A stretch of DNA of 64,000 nt. It comes from a virus. Both the position numbers and the translations under genes were made by a program. The stretch is taken from positions 58,095 to 122,094 of the IMG/VR virus record IMGVR_UViG_3300023174_000077. The stretch is one strand, 5' to 3'. Numbering within the stretch: the stretch's first letter is position 1; each line of letters begins with the position of its first letter. This document shows, one piece after another, positions 1 to 10,377 of this stretch. The notes beneath the pieces were generated by a model. It did not search any database. It was not told where the DNA came from and saw only the letters and a program-made list of their open reading frames with translations.

Positions 1-1399
1 GTATAATAATTTGTTCAGACTTAAATGAATCTGCAAAAACCACATTAAAAAGATTTTTAATTGATACACCTGTTGATAAAGTTCCATAAGATGCTATAAG
101 TATTCTTACTTTACCATCATTTAATTCCATTTGTTTTTTGATTTCTTCTCTTTGTTTTGTTCCAATTTCACCATCAATATAATAAAATTCTTTATCGCTA
201 ATATCTTTTTGTAATTTTTCTAAAATTTTTTGACCATATTCAATAGTATGAAATAATACCAAAGTATTATTGGTGCATTTTTCAACTATTTTTTTAATAA
301 AATCTAATCTTTTATCAGAAACATGTATATATTCTTTTTCAATCAAGTATGCTGCTTGCCCAGCTCCTTGTTTTTTGACATAATTTATTTTATCATTAAA
401 TTCTTTATCATTATGATTCAAAATTAATACTTTTATATCCATAGGAGTAATAATTCCCTTTTCAATTAAAGTTTTTGCTTCTACATTTGAAATTATAGGT
501 CCCAAAACAGATTGTATATAAAGTATTTCCATTGTTTCTTCAGTTGGAAATGTTCCAGATACACCATAACGATTATATGCAAAGCCAAATGTTTTTGATA
601 AAATTGTTTTTAATGATTTTGCCTTACAAGTATGTGCCTCATCACATGCTACTGTATGAAATTGCTCAAAAAATTCCTTTGGATAATTTACTAATGATTG
701 ATATGTGCCGATACAAATATTAGGATTTTCAGAATTAGAATGTTTTCGTGGTCTATCAGACATAATTTCTTCAATATTTAATTGCAGAGGATTAAGATTT
801 CCACCATCTAATTCTTTATTTCCACCAATGTTGTAATCAATAATGTCATCAAAAAATTGTGTTACGAGTGATATAGATGGAACAATTAAAAGCATTTTTG
901 CATCTGGATTGATATGTAAAAGTGTATAAAAAAATACAATTGATATAATTAATGATTTGCCACCAGAGGTTGCTACTTCGGCTAAACAATAACGATTTTT
1001 TAAAATTTTAAAAGCAGTTTCTATTTGATGATCATAAGGCATAAAAGGAACCCATTGTCCATCTTTTTTAACTTTATGATTTTTAAAAAAATCTTTACAA
1101 AATGCTTGCACTTGCTCTAATGTAACATTTCTATTAATTGGGAAATCTTCTTTATTGGTGATTGTAAATTTAGTATCAATAATTTGGCATGCTTTTAAGC
1201 ATTCTCTCCAAAGTCCTAAATTAATTTTCCCATTATGGAAAACAGTATCTTTTCCGTTCCAATATCCCGCTTTAAAAGCAGGAGTGAAGCGGTAGCCTTT
1301 AGGGTTACGAGTTAACCATATTTCTAATTGGTGATATTCTGTTCGTGTTGCTTGTGAAACAATAAACTTTTCGGTTTGAGGATCGTATGTAAGTTCCAT
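1..1399 (-). CDS. uvsW: UvsW-like superfamily 2 DNA helicase (runs off the window start; absent from the ORF track)
   Basis: Manual minus-strand translation from ATG at 1399: MELTYDPQ...GYRFTPAFKAGYWNGK (UvsW N-terminal motif), Walker A ATSGGKS, DEAH box, motif III SGT. Confidence 0.88.
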   Translation of the reverse strand, partial: MELTYDPQTEKFIVSQATRTEYHQLEIWLTRNPKGYRFTPAFKAGYWNGKDTVFHNGKINLGLWRECLKACQIIDTKFTITNKEDFPINRNVTLEQVQAFCKDFFKNHKVKKDGQWVPFMPYDHQIETAFKILKNRYCLAEVATSGGKSLIISIVFFYTLLHINPDAKMLLIVPSISLVTQFFDDIIDYNIGGNKELDGGNLNPLQLNIEEIMSDRPRKHSNSENPNICIGTYQSLVNYPKEFFEQFHTVACDEAHTCKAKSLKTILSKTFGFAYNRYGVSGTFPTEETMEILYIQSVLGPIISNVEAKTLIEKGIITPMDIKVLILNHNDKEFNDKINYVKKQGAGQAAYLIEKEYIHVSDKRLDFIKKIVEKCTNNTLVLFHTIEYGQKILEKLQKDISDKEFYYIDGEIGTKQREEIKKQMELNDGKVRILIASYGTLSTGVSIKNLFNVVFADSFKSEQIII

Positions 1400-1442
1400 A
1401 AAAGTTATATTAAAATAAATAAGAAGGTTTAATATATAGTGT

Positions 1443-2363
1443 ATGAAATATTTAAAGTATTTTGAATCAAAGGTAATACCTTTTAAAAAAATATATTCTG
1501 ATTATAGAACTATAGATATAGAAAATTTGAAACCATTGAAGGATTCTGATACAATTATAGTATATCATGGATTTTATAGTTTATCTGATGCTAAAATTGC
1601 ATTAACACAAGGTTTATCAGGACAAGATATTGCTAAAAGAGTTTATAGTTATGAATCTGGTAATAATAAAAAAGGGCTATTTGTCTCAATTGATTTCAAT
1701 GTGGTTAAAAGACGATTTTCATCTTCTGGTATAATAATTGAATTTGCAGCAAAAGTTGCTGATTTAGAAGCACCAATATGGGTGGAGGGTAGATATTATA
1801 CACAAGGAGAATATACCAAATCATTTACTGATTGGAATCATGAAACTGGAACTTCAAAACAGAGAGAAGAACAAAGATTAAAACAAAGAAAGCAATTAGC
1901 AAATAGCGAGTATGATTTTATAAGATTAAGCGATAGACCTGAATTGGCCGAATCTTTATATTTAAATTCTGAAAATCAAGCACTTTTTGTTGGGAATTTA
2001 AATCCAAATATGATTAAAGCGGTATGGTATAATTCAAAAGAAAAATATAATGACCCTTGGAAAAGATTTACAACCAAGGAATTTACAAAAAAATTTAGTT
2101 TGAAAAAGGATAAATACAAATATCCACACCGTCAATATTTACCAAATGATGAATTCACAATTGAAGATTTTAAAAGAAGAGTTTTTAAATTCTCAAAAAC
2201 ACCACAAGAAGCTGAAGAAATGTTCCAAAACTATTTGGAACATTATTTAAACGATAAGTACGCTAATAGATATGAATTGAGACAAATGGGATTTTTTCCA
2301 AAACAAATTGCTGAAATTTTGCGTTTAAGAGATACTAATGATTTTGACAAATGGATTAAATAA
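1443..2363 (+). CDS. Hypothetical protein, possible ADP-ribosyltransferase fold; N-terminal MKYLKYFE motif
   Basis: VYHG...GLFVS...ENQALF pattern resembles the ART strand motifs; preceded by TAATATATA. Confidence 0.4.
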   Translation: MKYLKYFESKVIPFKKIYSDYRTIDIENLKPLKDSDTIIVYHGFYSLSDAKIALTQGLSGQDIAKRVYSYESGNNKKGLFVSIDFNVVKRRFSSSGIIIEFAAKVADLEAPIWVEGRYYTQGEYTKSFTDWNHETGTSKQREEQRLKQRKQLANSEYDFIRLSDRPELAESLYLNSENQALFVGNLNPNMIKAVWYNSKEKYNDPWKRFTTKEFTKKFSLKKDKYKYPHRQYLPNDEFTIEDFKRRVFKFSKTPQEAEEMFQNYLEHYLNDKYANRYELRQMGFFPKQIAEILRLRDTNDFDKWIK

Positions 2364-2373
2364 ACTCATCTAA

Positions 2374-3252
2374 TTAGATGAGTTTATTTTTATTTAAGAA
2401 ACCATATTTTTTAAATAATTTATATGTTAATATTTTATACCACGGCAAATCACTAACAAAATTAATATTAAGCTTATCATAAGCATATTTAGCATTTTCC
2501 GAACAATTGTCTATTTTACCAGACCATTTTATAACTTCCTGATTGATGTTGATATTTGATTCGACTAAGAATACCCCATTTCCATTTAATTCTGCTGAAC
2601 GTCCTACTAATATAGTATTATCAGATTGATTGGTATTGACGAAAACTTTAAAATTATTTAATGTGCCTACCTGAAATATTTTTTGTTCAAGTTGGAAGGT
2701 GTCACTGACTCTGCTTAGTGTTGTGTAACAAAAATTTGCCGAATCTTGAATTATTGGTAAAAATTTTGGACTTATTACTATAAATGTTGCAGCTCCAAGA
2801 CGAGAATTTACAGCTATAAGATTTGAAAGAATTGTAATTCTTGTTATTAAGCTTCTAAATTCTGTTGCATCATCTTTATTTGTATCATTTATTAAAATAT
2901 CGGCATCTCCTTTAATCCATTTTGTAAATTTAGTCCAAATGTTAGTTTGTTCTGTTCGTGTATTTTTATATGATTTATCATTTTTATCTGCTAATTCTAC
3001 ATATTTATCATATAATTGTTGTGATAAATTATTAATTAAAATTGATTTACTAGATTTAACAAAAGTATATTGCTCACATTTAAAAGTTTTTTTATTAATA
3101 CCTAAACTAATAGTTGAATAAGAAGTAGTTTCATCTTTTGTGATTGATTGATCAATATAACTGATTTGAAATTCCGGTTTATCTGTTTTATAAATAGCTG
3201 CTGTATTTAAAAATGACGAATTTAGATAATTTGTTTCATTATTTTTATTCAT
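2374..3252 (-). CDS. Protein resembling the C-terminal part of the T4 gp23/gp24 capsid fold (truncated capsid paralog)
   Basis: IAVNSRLGAATFIVISP...VGTLNNFKVFVN...ILVG resembles gp23 IARQTGRGxGNFIIAS...AGVLGGKYRVYID...FTVG. Confidence 0.55.
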   Translation of the reverse strand: MNKNNETNYLNSSFLNTAAIYKTDKPEFQISYIDQSITKDETTSYSTISLGINKKTFKCEQYTFVKSSKSILINNLSQQLYDKYVELADKNDKSYKNTRTEQTNIWTKFTKWIKGDADILINDTNKDDATEFRSLITRITILSNLIAVNSRLGAATFIVISPKFLPIIQDSANFCYTTLSRVSDTFQLEQKIFQVGTLNNFKVFVNTNQSDNTILVGRSAELNGNGVFLVESNININQEVIKWSGKIDNCSENAKYAYDKLNINFVSDLPWYKILTYKLFKKYGFLNKNKLI

Positions 3253-3259
3253 TTTATAT

Positions 3260-3919
3260 TTATTTTTTTCGTGGTTTAATTATTTCATCGATAATACCAT
3301 ATAATTTAGCTTCGGAAGAAGTCATCCAATAATCTCTATCAGAATCTTTTTCAACTTTTTCAAATTTTTGTCCAGTATTTTCAGAAATAATTTCATATAA
3401 TTCTTTTTTAAGAGAATTTATTTCTTTTGCATCAATTTCTATATCTGATGCCTGAGCGTATCCAGTATATCCAATCGGTTGATGTATCATTGTTCTCGCT
3501 CTTTTTAATGATTTTCTTTTTCCTTTTGTTCCCGCACATAATATAACAGCTGCCATTGACGCTGCTAATCCAGTATTTATTGTTATTACGTCTGGACGTA
3601 TAAATTCCATTGTATCTAATATACCAAGTCCATCATATACAGAACCACCTGGTGAATTAATATACATTTTTATATCTTTTTTATGATCCAATTGTTCTAA
3701 ATAAAGTAATTGGTTTTTAATTAATTCGGATGTATAATTATCAATTTCGTCATTGAGAAATACAATTCTATCATTAAGTAATTTGGTATAAATATCTAAC
3801 ATAAATCCTTTTTCATTATCAATAATAAAATGGGAATTATTGTGAATTGTTTGTCTAATGACACTTTCAGGAACTTTTGAATAAAGAAATTTTTGATAAT
3901 CTGATGCTAATTTTTTCAT
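3260..3919 (-). CDS. clpP: ATP-dependent Clp protease proteolytic subunit
   Basis: DIYTKLLNDRIVFL, YINSPGGSVYDG, GLAASMAA (catalytic Ser), MIHQP (His), DRDYWM. Confidence 0.95.
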   Translation of the reverse strand: MKKLASDYQKFLYSKVPESVIRQTIHNNSHFIIDNEKGFMLDIYTKLLNDRIVFLNDEIDNYTSELIKNQLLYLEQLDHKKDIKMYINSPGGSVYDGLGILDTMEFIRPDVITINTGLAASMAAVILCAGTKGKRKSLKRARTMIHQPIGYTGYAQASDIEIDAKEINSLKKELYEIISENTGQKFEKVEKDSDRDYWMTSSEAKLYGIIDEIIKPRKK

Positions 3920-3993
3920 AAGAGTTATATATAAGAATTGCGAAAAGATTAAAATCCAAAATTATTTTTTAATATATAAAAGAAAAAATTAAT

Positions 3994-4293
3994 ATGAAAT
4001 TAACATTTGATATGCATGGTTATACAATCGTTATTGAAGAAACGGAAGAAAATTTAATTAGAGTTTCTGCAACAAAAGACGATGAAGTAGTTGAAGAATT
4101 TGAACTTGAAGGTGGTGAAGATCATCCCGATATGGAAGACGAATCTTTACCAGAAGTAGGTGAAGAAGAAGGCGAAGAAATTGAGGGTGAAACACCAGAA
4201 GGAGATTTCGAAGAAACAGAAGAAGTAAATCCAGAAGAAAAACTTGGCGAGTCTAAATTATACAATTTTGCTGCTTTTTTAAATAGAAAATAA
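3994..4293 (+). CDS. Small, highly acidic hypothetical protein
   Basis: ORF rich in E/D; preceded by TAATATATA at 3971 and followed by a hairpin. Confidence 0.6.
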   Translation: MKLTFDMHGYTIVIEETEENLIRVSATKDDEVVEEFELEGGEDHPDMEDESLPEVGEEEGEEIEGETPEGDFEETEEVNPEEKLGESKLYNFAAFLNRK

Positions 4294-4313
4294 TTTTATT
4301 ATCTTTAACTTAA

Positions 4314-4342
4314 AATACCTGCATGATTTCCGTGTAGGTATT
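4314..4342 (+). terminator. Stem-loop, probable intrinsic terminator
   Basis: AATACCTGCATG-ATTTC-CGTGTAGGTATT stem (two G-U pairs) just after the 3994 ORF. Confidence 0.55.
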
Positions 4343-4376
4343 CTTGTTTAATAATAAATTAATATATACATTAAAA

Positions 4377-4408
4377 TTTGTTTATTCAATAAATTTTAAT
4401 TATCTTTG
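4377..4408 (+). promoter_or_regulatory. Bacteroidota-type housekeeping promoter (-33 TTTG / -7 TAnnTTTG)
   Basis: TTTG at 4377-4380, 20-nt spacer, TATCTTTG at 4401-4408, 14 nt before ATG 4423. Confidence 0.65.
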
Positions 4409-4422
4409 CACAAAGAAATATA

Positions 4423-5544
4423 ATGAGAAAATTAAGTAATTACAATTCTTTTTTAGAAACTAACAGGTTAAGCTATTATAGTTTTGACTGGGATGACAAT
4501 ATATTACATATGTCAACTCCTATTCACATGGATAAATTAGTTGAAGGTATTTGGCAACCTTTATCTGTATCACCTGCAGAATTTGCCATAGTTCGTAATG
4601 ATGTAAATTATCGGAATAGAGATAATAACCCCTATAAAGCTTATGAAGAATTTAGAGATATGGGTCCAAGAGGCAATCAATCTTTTTTATTAGATGTGAA
4701 AACCGCTATTCAAGATTCTAAATTCGGCCCTTCATGGGATAAATTTATTCAATGTTTAGTTGAAGGTTCTATATTTGCTTTAGTAACGGCAAGAGGACAT
4801 GAATATCAAACACTTAAAAATGGTGTTAAATATATTATTGATAATTGTTTAACAAAAGAACAAGGTGACTTAATGTATAAAAATTGCCATAAGTTTTTAA
4901 CTTATTTTGAGAATAAAACTATGGTAAGAGAAAATAATACCAATTTATCAAATACTAATTTAATAAACTATTATTTAGACAAATGTAAGTTTTATGGAGT
5001 TGGGTTTCCATTTTCTGCATCATTTAATAATGAATTTAAATTAGATCCTTCAATTAAAATCGAAGAAGCAAAGAAAATAGCATTAGAAAAGTTTTTGAAT
5101 ATTTGTAATAATTATGGATTAAAATCTAAAAAATATGTTTCGGTCGGATTTTCTGATGATGATAAGAAAAATGTAGAACATGTTAAAAAGTTTTTTGAAT
5201 TTAAATCTACTATTTATGAACATATGAAATTAAATGTGTATGATACATCTAATAAAGTATCACATAAAACAAGATTTGAAAATGGTATAACAGAAGATAT
5301 GGGTCCTTCAATATCAGGAAAAGAAAATTCTCTTTTAAGATTTATGGGTCCGAATTCGATGCCAAATACTTTGCAAAATGCAACTAATGATTGGAGTCAA
5401 CCAAATTACACTTTATTACAAAAATCGAAAGTAGCAAACCTTTTAACAAAAGATTCTATAAAAAAGAAAGTAAAAAAGTTAAAAAAGAAAAATGCAAAAC
5501 CTAAAGATAACCTTAATACAACCAAACATAATTTGGGAAAATAA
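4423..5544 (+). CDS. HAD-like hypothetical protein
   Basis: FDWDDNIL (motif I-like), LVTARGH, GFSDDD. Confidence 0.55.
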   Translation: MRKLSNYNSFLETNRLSYYSFDWDDNILHMSTPIHMDKLVEGIWQPLSVSPAEFAIVRNDVNYRNRDNNPYKAYEEFRDMGPRGNQSFLLDVKTAIQDSKFGPSWDKFIQCLVEGSIFALVTARGHEYQTLKNGVKYIIDNCLTKEQGDLMYKNCHKFLTYFENKTMVRENNTNLSNTNLINYYLDKCKFYGVGFPFSASFNNEFKLDPSIKIEEAKKIALEKFLNICNNYGLKSKKYVSVGFSDDDKKNVEHVKKFFEFKSTIYEHMKLNVYDTSNKVSHKTRFENGITEDMGPSISGKENSLLRFMGPNSMPNTLQNATNDWSQPNYTLLQKSKVANLLTKDSIKKKVKKLKKKNAKPKDNLNTTKHNLGK

Positions 5545-6256
5545 AAAAGTTAATTTAACTAATTATGAAACTTATATAAATAATATAACATCCAAACCGG
5601 ATGTTATTATTTTGCCTGAAATGTTTTCAACAGGTTTTATAATGAAGCCAGAATTGGTAGAAAATATGAATGGTGATACTATTAATTGGATGAAAAATAT
5701 AACCAATAATAGTAATTCATATTTGATGGGTAGTTTAATTATTAAAGAATTAGATAATATATTTAATCGCTTTTTATGTATTAAAGGAGAATTAATTGAA
5801 TTTTATGATAAAAAACATTTATTTGCTTATGCTGGTGAAGATAAATGTTATACTGCTGGTAATCAGAGAAAAATAATTAATATAAATGGTTGGCGTATCT
5901 TATTACAAATATGTTATGATTTAAGATTTCCTGTATTTTCAAGAAATCAAGATGACTATGATGTAATTGTATATGTTGCTAATTGGCCAGCTAAAAGAAG
6001 TTTAGCTTGGAAAACACTTTTACAAGCCAGAGCAATTGAAAATCAATCTTATGTCATTGGCGTTAATAGAGTTGGAATAGATGGTAATAATTTAGAATAT
6101 ACAGGTGATAGTAGTTTGATTTCACCCATAGGTGAAATCATTTGGACTTCTGAAGAAGAAGAAGTTATAGATTTAGAATTAGATGCAAATTTATTGCAAC
6201 AAGTAAGAAATCAATTACCATTTTTAAAAGATAGAGATAATTTTGAAATAAAATAA
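5492..6256 (+). CDS. Nitrilase-family amidohydrolase (omega-amidase, YafV-like)
   Basis: ILPEMFSTGF (Glu), YDKKHLF (Lys), QICYDLRFP (Cys), ARAIENQSYVIGVNRVG. Confidence 0.9.
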   Translation: MQNLKITLIQPNIIWENKKVNLTNYETYINNITSKPDVIILPEMFSTGFIMKPELVENMNGDTINWMKNITNNSNSYLMGSLIIKELDNIFNRFLCIKGELIEFYDKKHLFAYAGEDKCYTAGNQRKIININGWRILLQICYDLRFPVFSRNQDDYDVIVYVANWPAKRSLAWKTLLQARAIENQSYVIGVNRVGIDGNNLEYTGDSSLISPIGEIIWTSEEEEVIDLELDANLLQQVRNQLPFLKDRDNFEIK

Positions 6257-6277
6257 CCACTTATAATGTGGTTATTT
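6251..6277. terminator. Hairpin between convergent genes
   Basis: AAATAACCAC-TTATAAT-GTGGTTATTT. Confidence 0.6.
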
Positions 6278-6278
6278 A

Positions 6279-6566
6279 TTAATCAATTTTATCATTATCT
6301 TCTTTTGCAACTTCATTTCCACTTGAAGCTATTTTATCGTCGGATTTTTTAAAAATACTTTCAGCCATATTAAATCCAAATAAACCAGCTACTACTAAAA
6401 GTAAGCCATCGAACATTGAATCAGGACATATCCATTTGCTATTACCAGCGGCTATAAATGCTAATGCAATGCAACTAAAAAGTGTGACTAAGCCAGCAAA
6501 TCTCTTTGAACTAAGAGGACTATTTGCGCTTAATAGATCAAGAAAAAACTTTTTCATGTTAAACAA
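6279..6566 (-). CDS. Small two-TM membrane protein (holin-like)
   Basis: SSKRF followed by two hydrophobic segments and a charged C-terminal tail. Confidence 0.45.
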   Translation of the reverse strand: MFNMKKFFLDLLSANSPLSSKRFAGLVTLFSCIALAFIAAGNSKWICPDSMFDGLLLVVAGLFGFNMAESIFKKSDDKIASSGNEVAKEDNDKID

Positions 6567-6630
6567 TAATTTTTTATATGATATATATTATATAAAAAAA
6601 TAAATTCATGGTAAGTGGATTAGTCAATAG

Positions 6631-7119
6631 ATGTTTAACAGAATTAAAGAAGATTTTTTAAAATTAAAGAAAATTTTTAAAGCAAAGAATGAACATTTTC
6701 TAAAAACAGATTTTGTTTTTTATAAAAGGTGGAAATTATTAATAAAAATTTTAATTTTTTTTAATAAAAATTATGTGGCTTGTGAAATAGCTCGTAAAAA
6801 ATTTAAAGTTCATAGAAATTTTATAGTTATCGGTTTAAAATGGAATGGTAAAAATGTTAAAAGAAGAGCCATTGGTTATGCAAAAGACTTTGTTAATTCA
6901 AATAGAGATGCAAAGTGCATTTATTGCGAAACAAAATTAACAGAGGAAAATGCCACAACTGATCATATAATACCAATTGCTTCCGGTGGTAATAATTGCA
7001 AAGTTAATTTAATAGTATGTTGCCAGCCTTGCAATTCCGATAGAGGAACAACACCGTTTAAAAAATATCTAAAACAAAAAAATATAAAATATAAAAAAAG
7101 TAAATATACTTTTATATAA
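6631..7119 (+). CDS. HNH endonuclease
   Basis: CIYC...TTDHIIPIASGGNN...NLIVCCQPCNSDRG. Confidence 0.85.
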   Translation: MFNRIKEDFLKLKKIFKAKNEHFLKTDFVFYKRWKLLIKILIFFNKNYVACEIARKKFKVHRNFIVIGLKWNGKNVKRRAIGYAKDFVNSNRDAKCIYCETKLTEENATTDHIIPIASGGNNCKVNLIVCCQPCNSDRGTTPFKKYLKQKNIKYKKSKYTFI

Positions 7120-7127
7120 AAAATGGA

Positions 7128-8285
7128 TTAATTTTTAATCCATTTTTTCTTTTCTCTTTTTGGAATCCATTTTAAATCATATATATCTTTGCTAAAAAAA
7201 TTATCTAATTCTAATTTATTATACGGATTTTGGACTAAACCAGCCAATTTATTTAAATCTTTAACTTGCGATATTCTATACATTAATGAATATGGATCAG
7301 AAGATTTCTTTTTATCAACAATTTCTTCGAATAATTTTTTCCATAAGAATACTCTATAACCTGCTTTAATTTTTTCTTCTGATTTAGAAAATCCTGCTTC
7401 GTCATTATCAAAAAAGTATTGTATATCTACATTATTATTTTCCAATAAACTCATATTTGTATTTACACCAACAACACCCACAGAATTTGGATAAAATAAT
7501 GAATCTAAATAACCTTCAAATATAGTTATAGTTGATTCAAAATCAATATTTAATATATTAAAAAAAGAACTTAATTTATTGTAAATTAATAATTGATTTA
7601 AGTCAACACCTTCAATTTCATCTTCTGTTATATTATTTACCCAACGATAAAGTGTTTCAAAATTATAAATTTTAAAACTTCTATATCTTCCTGATTTTAA
7701 ATTTCTGGTTTGTATTCCTAGTATTTTATCATCTTTTCTATTTAATAAAACTATTACCCACTCATATTTATCTTCATTTAACCAATGTTTTGCTTGATAA
7801 ATATTTTTTGACATGTTATCTGTGATGCCTCTATCTAATAGATAAGTATGTGCAAAACCGCCTTTAATGATAGGTTTAAACTCTGTCAATACTGAATTTC
7901 CAGAATTAAATAATTTTTCTAAATCTGTAAGATTTAATAATTCGTCAAAATTAACTTCGGACATATCAGATTTATAATCTGATATGTTTACTGCATTTTT
8001 TAGGTATTCAATCATTTCTAATTTCTTACCTGGATCTATCATTATTTGAAATCTTTTGCATAAAGAGTTTAATGATGATTTATGACCACAATTAAAACAT
8101 TCAAAATGTAATGAATTAAAAAATACATTACCTCTTTTCTTAGAAGCGGAACGGGCTGAGTCTCCACATATTGGACATGAAAAATTAAATCTATTATCAT
8201 ACACGATAATATTTTTTCGGTTTGCTGAAGCGAAAGATTTATTTAGTATTTCTTGAACTAAAGTTTTTACATAATTTGTGTCCAT
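7128..8285 (-). CDS. DNA primase, T4 gp61-like
   Basis: Zn-binding CPICGDS...KKRG...CFNCG; TOPRIM FEGYLDSLF and FFDND; KDLN. Confidence 0.88.
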   Translation of the reverse strand: MDTNYVKTLVQEILNKSFASANRKNIIVYDNRFNFSCPICGDSARSASKKRGNVFFNSLHFECFNCGHKSSLNSLCKRFQIMIDPGKKLEMIEYLKNAVNISDYKSDMSEVNFDELLNLTDLEKLFNSGNSVLTEFKPIIKGGFAHTYLLDRGITDNMSKNIYQAKHWLNEDKYEWVIVLLNRKDDKILGIQTRNLKSGRYRSFKIYNFETLYRWVNNITEDEIEGVDLNQLLIYNKLSSFFNILNIDFESTITIFEGYLDSLFYPNSVGVVGVNTNMSLLENNNVDIQYFFDNDEAGFSKSEEKIKAGYRVFLWKKLFEEIVDKKKSSDPYSLMYRISQVKDLNKLAGLVQNPYNKLELDNFFSKDIYDLKWIPKREKKKWIKN

Positions 8286-8337
8286 AGAAAATTATATAAG
8301 TAAATAAATCTAAGTTGAATAAAATATATATAGTTAT

Positions 8338-9588
8338 ATGAAATACTTAATAGATTTTACTGAAATAAATGAATTAAAAAAATCATTTACTTATATAGAT
8401 AGAACTTCTACACCATATACTGAAAAGGGTGATTTAACACATTCTCGTTTTTCTGAATTTTCGTCAAAAAATAGTCAAGGATGGGAATTAATGGGTATGC
8501 AAGAAATAGATAAAGACGGATATGAAATTAGTGACAAATATATAAAATTTGATAAATTCAGTTATGAATATAATTTATCCGAACCAGAAGTCAATATAGT
8601 TAAGCATGTTATAACGGCTGCATTAGGTGAAATAGCAAATCAAAATTGGATAGATGCTTTTAAATTTGAATCTAATAAAGCTTATGCTACAATTTTATTG
8701 GGTAAAATAGGATTTGTATTTATAAAAGATAATCAAAGTAAGTATTTCACACCAATTTTAAGATATCCTAAGGGCAGAGAAGGAAATACATTTTGGTTAA
8801 ATGCTGAATTTGAAAAAGGTGAACAATGGGCTAAAACCGTTATTGTCACAAAACCAGATGTTTCCGATAATGAATTGGAACATAATGGTATAGCATTATT
8901 ACAAGCAACTTATAGAAAATTATGGGAAACTGAAAACGAAAAAAGAAGAAGGGAAGAAAGACCTTTATTGCCTGAAACTGCAATTAAAAAAGTGAATGCA
9001 GCTGCTTTTGTTAAATCAAATACAATAATTAGAAATACAGGTGAAAAACAATTTTTTATAGTATACGTTCAAGGTTCAAAATATAACCCAATTGATTTTG
9101 CTAGAAAAGCTTGTGGTGCTAATATTGAATTAACTTCATATACAAGAATTCCAACCACATTACCAGCATCAACTAAAAAAGAAAAAGATTCAAAAAAGAT
9201 AAATTATTTTTATTTTGATCCAAATGATGATCCAAAAAATCAATATTTGTTAAATAAATATAAGAATGATCCAGCACAATTAAAAATAGTTAAAGCAAGT
9301 ATTGATAGATTAAAACTTATCTTATATAAGGATAACAAGACAGAAAAATTTAAATATGCAGTTTTAAAACGTCCTTTAATTACTAAAAAAAGTTATCCTT
9401 ATAAAGAAATTGAAATAAGTGATCCTATGATAAAAGGAAAAGAAGTTAAATCAATCATTGAATTAAAATCTGGTGATAAATTAAGAATACCTGTTATTGA
9501 TGAAAAAAATCCTGGTAGAATTACATTTAATGAAGTGACTATCGGGCCAATAGATTCTAAAGATAATAAAAGAGTATCTGTATATTAA
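8338..9588 (+). CDS. Hypothetical protein with N-terminal MKYLIDFTE motif
   Basis: Long ORF with no recognised domain. Confidence 0.6.
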   Translation: MKYLIDFTEINELKKSFTYIDRTSTPYTEKGDLTHSRFSEFSSKNSQGWELMGMQEIDKDGYEISDKYIKFDKFSYEYNLSEPEVNIVKHVITAALGEIANQNWIDAFKFESNKAYATILLGKIGFVFIKDNQSKYFTPILRYPKGREGNTFWLNAEFEKGEQWAKTVIVTKPDVSDNELEHNGIALLQATYRKLWETENEKRRREERPLLPETAIKKVNAAAFVKSNTIIRNTGEKQFFIVYVQGSKYNPIDFARKACGANIELTSYTRIPTTLPASTKKEKDSKKINYFYFDPNDDPKNQYLLNKYKNDPAQLKIVKASIDRLKLILYKDNKTEKFKYAVLKRPLITKKSYPYKEIEISDPMIKGKEVKSIIELKSGDKLRIPVIDEKNPGRITFNEVTIGPIDSKDNKRVSVY

Positions 9589-10088
9589 TCCTTTAATATA
9601 TCATTAATTTTTTTATCACGCATATAAGCTGTTAAATTAAAATCAGGAAAATCATTAGCATATCTATTTTTATCTATTTTCATTACATTTTTGTAAATTG
9701 AGGCATGAAAATCGCTTAATGAAATTAATTCAAAATTATATTTGTAAAATTTTTGTGTTCTAGTTAATTCAGTTTGATAAAAAAAATCTTTGATTATAAC
9801 AGAATTACCGTTGTTTAAACAAAAAGAGAATAATTCTCTAAATTTTTTATTATGAGAGTTTCTATCAAAAGATGCCGAATTTTTTTGTAAAAAAGTATTT
9901 AATTCTATACAAAATATGCTATTTTGAAAATCAAAATTATTATATTCTCTAATAAATGGTTTAATGTTATGTTTAAGTATATCTTCTAATAAAAAATCAA
10001 ACAATAATTCATCAGTAAATGACATATTAAACATATATATACCACTATGTTTATCTAAATAATTTGCTATTTCTTTTGCTATATCCAT
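9585..10088 (-). CDS. Hypothetical protein ending in the RDKKINDIL motif
   Basis: ATG at 10088 (MDIAKE) lies just past the upstream stop; C-terminal MRDKKINDILKD. Confidence 0.55.
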   Translation of the reverse strand: MDIAKEIANYLDKHSGIYMFNMSFTDELLFDFLLEDILKHNIKPFIREYNNFDFQNSIFCIELNTFLQKNSASFDRNSHNKKFRELFSFCLNNGNSVIIKDFFYQTELTRTQKFYKYNFELISLSDFHASIYKNVMKIDKNRYANDFPDFNLTAYMRDKKINDILKD

Positions 10089-10090
10089 AG

Positions 10091-10375
10091 TTAATTTTTC
10101 TTTTCTGTAAACCAAATATCATTTGTATAATAATTCGAATATGTTGCTCCAAAATTAATATTTTCTTTCATACAAGTTTTATCCAAAAGTTTTTGAAGAG
10201 GGATATCTTCTTTATAATTGAATATTAATTTTGATAATTCTTTCTCTGCATTTTTTGCACTTATATTACCAACTGGTATTGTAAATTTTATAATTTTTGG
10301 ATTTTCTGAAATTATTTCAGATTTAATTTTCTTCTTCCAAAAAAAGTTTTTTAATTTTGTTAATAGTTTTTTCAT
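10091..10375 (-). CDS. Small protein resembling a segment of the T4 gp20-like portal protein
   Basis: FTIPVGNISAKNAEKELSKLIFNYK...NDIWF compared with gp20-family [20 protein letters not shown]...EDYWL. Confidence 0.45.
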   Translation of the reverse strand: MKKLLTKLKNFFWKKKIKSEIISENPKIIKFTIPVGNISAKNAEKELSKLIFNYKEDIPLQKLLDKTCMKENINFGATYSNYYTNDIWFTEKKN

Positions 10376-10377
10376 AG

